NCBI GenBank assembly: GCA_963727445.1
Contig: CAVSGI010000006.1
Location: 320,001-384,000 of the forward strand
DNA length: 64,000 bases
Source: an uncultured delta proteobacterium
GTDB lineage: Bacteria > Myxococcota_A > Polyangia > Polyangiales > B10-G4
Direction: 5' to 3'
The translations under genes and the position numbers were made by a program. The number at the start of each line of letters is the position of its first letter. Within the stretch, counting starts at the first letter, position 1. Positions 61,364-64,000 of the stretch are shown here, in pieces. A model generated the notes under the pieces. That model ran no database searches, was not told the DNA's origin, and saw only the letters and a list, made by a program, of their open reading frames with translations.

Positions 61364-62935
61364 ATGCGCATCTATCTCAGTGGTCCGATGGGGGCCGGGA
61401 AGTCGACGGTCGGGGAGGCGCTGGCAGCGCGCACCGGTCGCCCATTTTCGGACCTCGACCAGATGGTGGCCGAGGAAGCGAAGAAGTCGATCGCCGAGCT
61501 CTTCTCGCACGAGGGAGAGAAGGGGTTTCGGCGGCGCGAGTGTGCCGCGGCCTCGCGCTTGACCGAGGAGGGCGCCGCCGACCTGGTGGTGGCGCTGGGG
61601 GGCGGCACCGTCACCGACCCGCGCACGCGACGACTCCTCGTGGAGGACGGCCTGGTGGTGACGCTGACCGCGGGCGTCGACACGCTGACCCAACGGGTGG
61701 CGCACAAGACGGGGCGACCCCTCTTGGCCGAGCGTGACGCGCGGGAGGTGCTGGGCGAGCTGCTGGAGGAGCGCAAAGAGGCGTACGCGGAGTGTCACGC
61801 GACGCTGGACGCCGCGCAGCCCATCGAGAGCCTGGTCGATGCGATCCTCGAGGTGGAGAAGAGCGCACCCATCGCCGTCTGCCTCGGGACGCGGAGCTAC
61901 CGCGTCGAGGTGGGCGCGGGTGTCCGGGAGCGGGTCGGGGCATGCGCGCGCGCGCTCGCGCCGAGCTCGGTGGTGCTCGTGACCGACAGCGTGGTCCACG
62001 AGCCGTGGGGAGCGGGCGCGGTCGCCGCGCTCCGCGCGGTGGGGCTCTCCGTGGCGCCGGTCATCCTCGAGCCCGGCGAAGCGGCCAAGAACCTCGCTTC
62101 CGTGGAGGCCATCTGGGACGCGGCGCTCTCCGCATCGATCGATCGGTCGGCGCTGGTGATCGGCGTCGGGGGCGGGGTGGTCGGAGATCTCGCGGGCTTC
62201 GCCGCGGCGACGCTCCTGCGCGGCGTCCGCTTCGCCCAGCTCCCCACCACGCTCTTGTCGATGGTCGACGCTTCCGTCGGCGGCAAGACCGGCTTCGATC
62301 GGCCTCAGGGCAAGAACCTGGTCGGTGCATTTCACCAGCCGTCGTTCGTCCTCTGCGACGTCGAGACGCTCGCCACGCTCCCGGAGGCCGACCGCGTGGC
62401 CGGGCTCGCCGAGGTCGCGAAGAGCGCTTGGCTCGCGGGCCCGGCGGCGGTGGCCGAGCTCGAGTCGGATGCGGCCAAGCTGGCGAGGGGCGAGGCCGCG
62501 GCGACCGAAAGGGCGATCCGCATGTCGGTGCGCCTGAAGGCGCGGATCGTGGGCGAGGACGAGAGGGAAGGGGGCCGAAGGCGCCTGCTCAATCTGGGGC
62601 ATACGGTGGGGCATGCGTACGAGGCGGCGGCGGGCTTCGGCGGGATGCGCCATGGCGACGCGGTCGCCCGCGGCATGGTGGCGGCCTTCCGCATCGCGCG
62701 CGCGCTCGGGGTGGGCGACGTCGGGCAGGAAGCGCGGATGGTGGCGTTGCTCACCTCGCTCGGCCTGCCCACGGACGTCGCAGGTCGGGGGACGGAAGAG
62801 GTGCTGGCGCTGCTCGGATCCGACAAGAAGCGGCAAGGGGGTGATGTGCGCTTCATCGCACCTGGTGCGCCTGGTGAGGCCACCATCACACCCGTTGCAC
62901 TCGAGCGGCTTCGCGCGCTGGTCGCGTCCCTCTGA
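61364..62935 (+). CDS. aroKB: Bifunctional shikimate kinase / 3-dehydroquinate synthase
   Basis: GPMGAGKSTVG, GGGTV, RPLL (AroK); GGGVVGDLAGF, PTTLLSMVDASVGGKTG, LNLGHTVGHA (AroB) in one frame. Confidence 0.95.
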   Translation: MRIYLSGPMGAGKSTVGEALAARTGRPFSDLDQMVAEEAKKSIAELFSHEGEKGFRRRECAAASRLTEEGAADLVVALGGGTVTDPRTRRLLVEDGLVVTLTAGVDTLTQRVAHKTGRPLLAERDAREVLGELLEERKEAYAECHATLDAAQPIESLVDAILEVEKSAPIAVCLGTRSYRVEVGAGVRERVGACARALAPSSVVLVTDSVVHEPWGAGAVAALRAVGLSVAPVILEPGEAAKNLASVEAIWDAALSASIDRSALVIGVGGGVVGDLAGFAAATLLRGVRFAQLPTTLLSMVDASVGGKTGFDRPQGKNLVGAFHQPSFVLCDVETLATLPEADRVAGLAEVAKSAWLAGPAAVAELESDAAKLARGEAAATERAIRMSVRLKARIVGEDEREGGRRRLLNLGHTVGHAYEAAAGFGGMRHGDAVARGMVAAFRIARALGVGDVGQEARMVALLTSLGLPTDVAGRGTEEVLALLGSDKKRQGGDVRFIAPGAPGEATITPVALERLRALVASL

Positions 62936-62967
62936 GGTGCGCGCTCGAGGAGGTGCTTGACCGTTAT

Positions 62968-62996
62968 TTGGAGGTTTGGCCCATAGCTCCTAGAAT
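62968..62996 (+). promoter_or_regulatory. Putative sigma70 promoter
   Basis: TTGGAG, 17-nt spacer, TAGAAT, upstream of the gene at 63042. Confidence 0.35.
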
Positions 62997-63041
62997 TGAC
63001 CTTGCGTGACCCAGTGACGTGCTGGGCGCGGGAGGAGCTTC

Positions 63042-63689
63042 ATGCGCGCTGCATCTCTGATGATCCTGCTTCTGAGTATGACCTTGGTAGGTTGCGTCGA
63101 TGACAGCGGCCCCGCGCTCTACATCGAGGGCAACCTCCAGCCCGACACCGATTGCACCATCTCCGCTGGAGGGACGCTCCTCGCGCGTGGTGTGTTCAAC
63201 CCGGCGATCGCGGCCGACTACACCTTCCATCCCCGGTACGCCAACCAGCTCTTCCAGAACGCGAGCTCGGCGCCCCCGCGGCCCGACCCGAACGGCGTTC
63301 TGATCCAGGGCGCCGAGGTGACCATCATGGACGCGGCGGGCGCCAGCCTGAGCTTCGGCTCGCTGCCCAATCCCTTCACGGTCGCCAACACCGTCTTCGT
63401 TCCTTCCAGCAGCGGCCCGAATGGTGGTCCGGGCACGGCCCCTGGCGTCCTTCAGATCATTCCCGCGGTGTATGCCGACCAGCTGGCGATGATGGCGAAC
63501 GACTTCCAGCTCCTGGTGAGCATCAAGGCCTTCGGCGAGACGCTGGGTCACGTGTCGGTCGACGCGCGCGAGTTCGTCTGGCCCATCGACGTCTGCTTCA
63601 ACTGCCTCATCGACACCAGCCCCGACGCCTCCGGCACCTGCTGCGAGGTCGGGCAGGACACCGCGTCTCCTATGAGCTGCCTGCTCTGA
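63042..63689 (+). CDS. Hypothetical lipoprotein with Cys-rich C-terminus
   Basis: GGAGG RBS; TLVGC lipobox; C-terminal VCFNCL..CCEVGQD. Confidence 0.7.
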   Translation: MRAASLMILLLSMTLVGCVDDSGPALYIEGNLQPDTDCTISAGGTLLARGVFNPAIAADYTFHPRYANQLFQNASSAPPRPDPNGVLIQGAEVTIMDAAGASLSFGSLPNPFTVANTVFVPSSSGPNGGPGTAPGVLQIIPAVYADQLAMMANDFQLLVSIKAFGETLGHVSVDAREFVWPIDVCFNCLIDTSPDASGTCCEVGQDTASPMSCLL

Positions 63690-64000
63690 CGACGCGCGAG
63701 CGCGCCGCCAGAAACGCATCCGAGAGCGCGAAAGAGAGCATCGCGCGGAGCGGGCTCGAGGCGCGCGCCGCGGAGACGAAGTCCTCTTCGCTGCCGATCG
63801 CGCTCGCGGTGAGGTCGAGGCCTTCTGCGGCCATCGCTTCGATCGCGGTGCGCACCGAGCCGACGAGGAGCAGGCCGGCGCGTGCAGCGCTCTGCCGGCA
63901 GAGCGAGACGAGCTCGTCGAAGGGGGGCGGCGGTCCTTCGGCCTCGAGATGTGCGCGAAGCTCGGCCTGCACGCGCGCTGGAATGGTGTCCCAGAGGCTC
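63670..64000 (-). CDS. C-terminal end of a hypothetical protein (5' part outside the window)
   Basis: Frame open from the window edge; AARAGLLLVG and LLSFALSDAFLAAR-like ending. Confidence 0.55.
   Translation of the reverse strand, partial: SLWDTIPARVQAELRAHLEAEGPPPPFDELVSLCRQSAARAGLLLVGSVRTAIEAMAAEGLDLTASAIGSEEDFVSAARASSPLRAMLSFALSDAFLAARSRVVRAGSS

Overview
This is a high-GC bacterial window whose gene content points to Myxococcota, probably Polyangia/Sandaracinus-like (inference). The supporting content is Ser/Thr kinases, sigma54 activators, bactofilins, Cys-rich, RCC1 and vWA lipoproteins, and pilMNOPQ. Housekeeping genes include ihfB, tyrS, glgA/glgC, gshA, pyrE, rsmA, moxR/DUF58, pilM-Q and a fused aroK-aroB. 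The most striking element is a compact, translationally coupled putative RiPP cluster at 15282-18530. It encodes a 68-aa precursor (twin-Arg-like leader, YxxP motif, five [S/T]-C-x-P repeats), a radical SAM enzyme, a PqqD/RRE protein, an HprK-related kinase and a SAM methyltransferase. Other notable items: (1) a ~105-bp palindromic tandem repeat array at 43780-44163; (2) a giant kinase-ATPase-TPR-GAF-sigma54 activator gene, broken by many single-base insertions that are probably sequencing errors, followed by a textbook sigma54 promoter; (3) a recurring -10 box 6-9 nt before start codons, suggesting leaderless mRNAs. I saw no rRNA, tRNA, CRISPR array or transposase. All family calls come from motif recognition by eye, not database searches.
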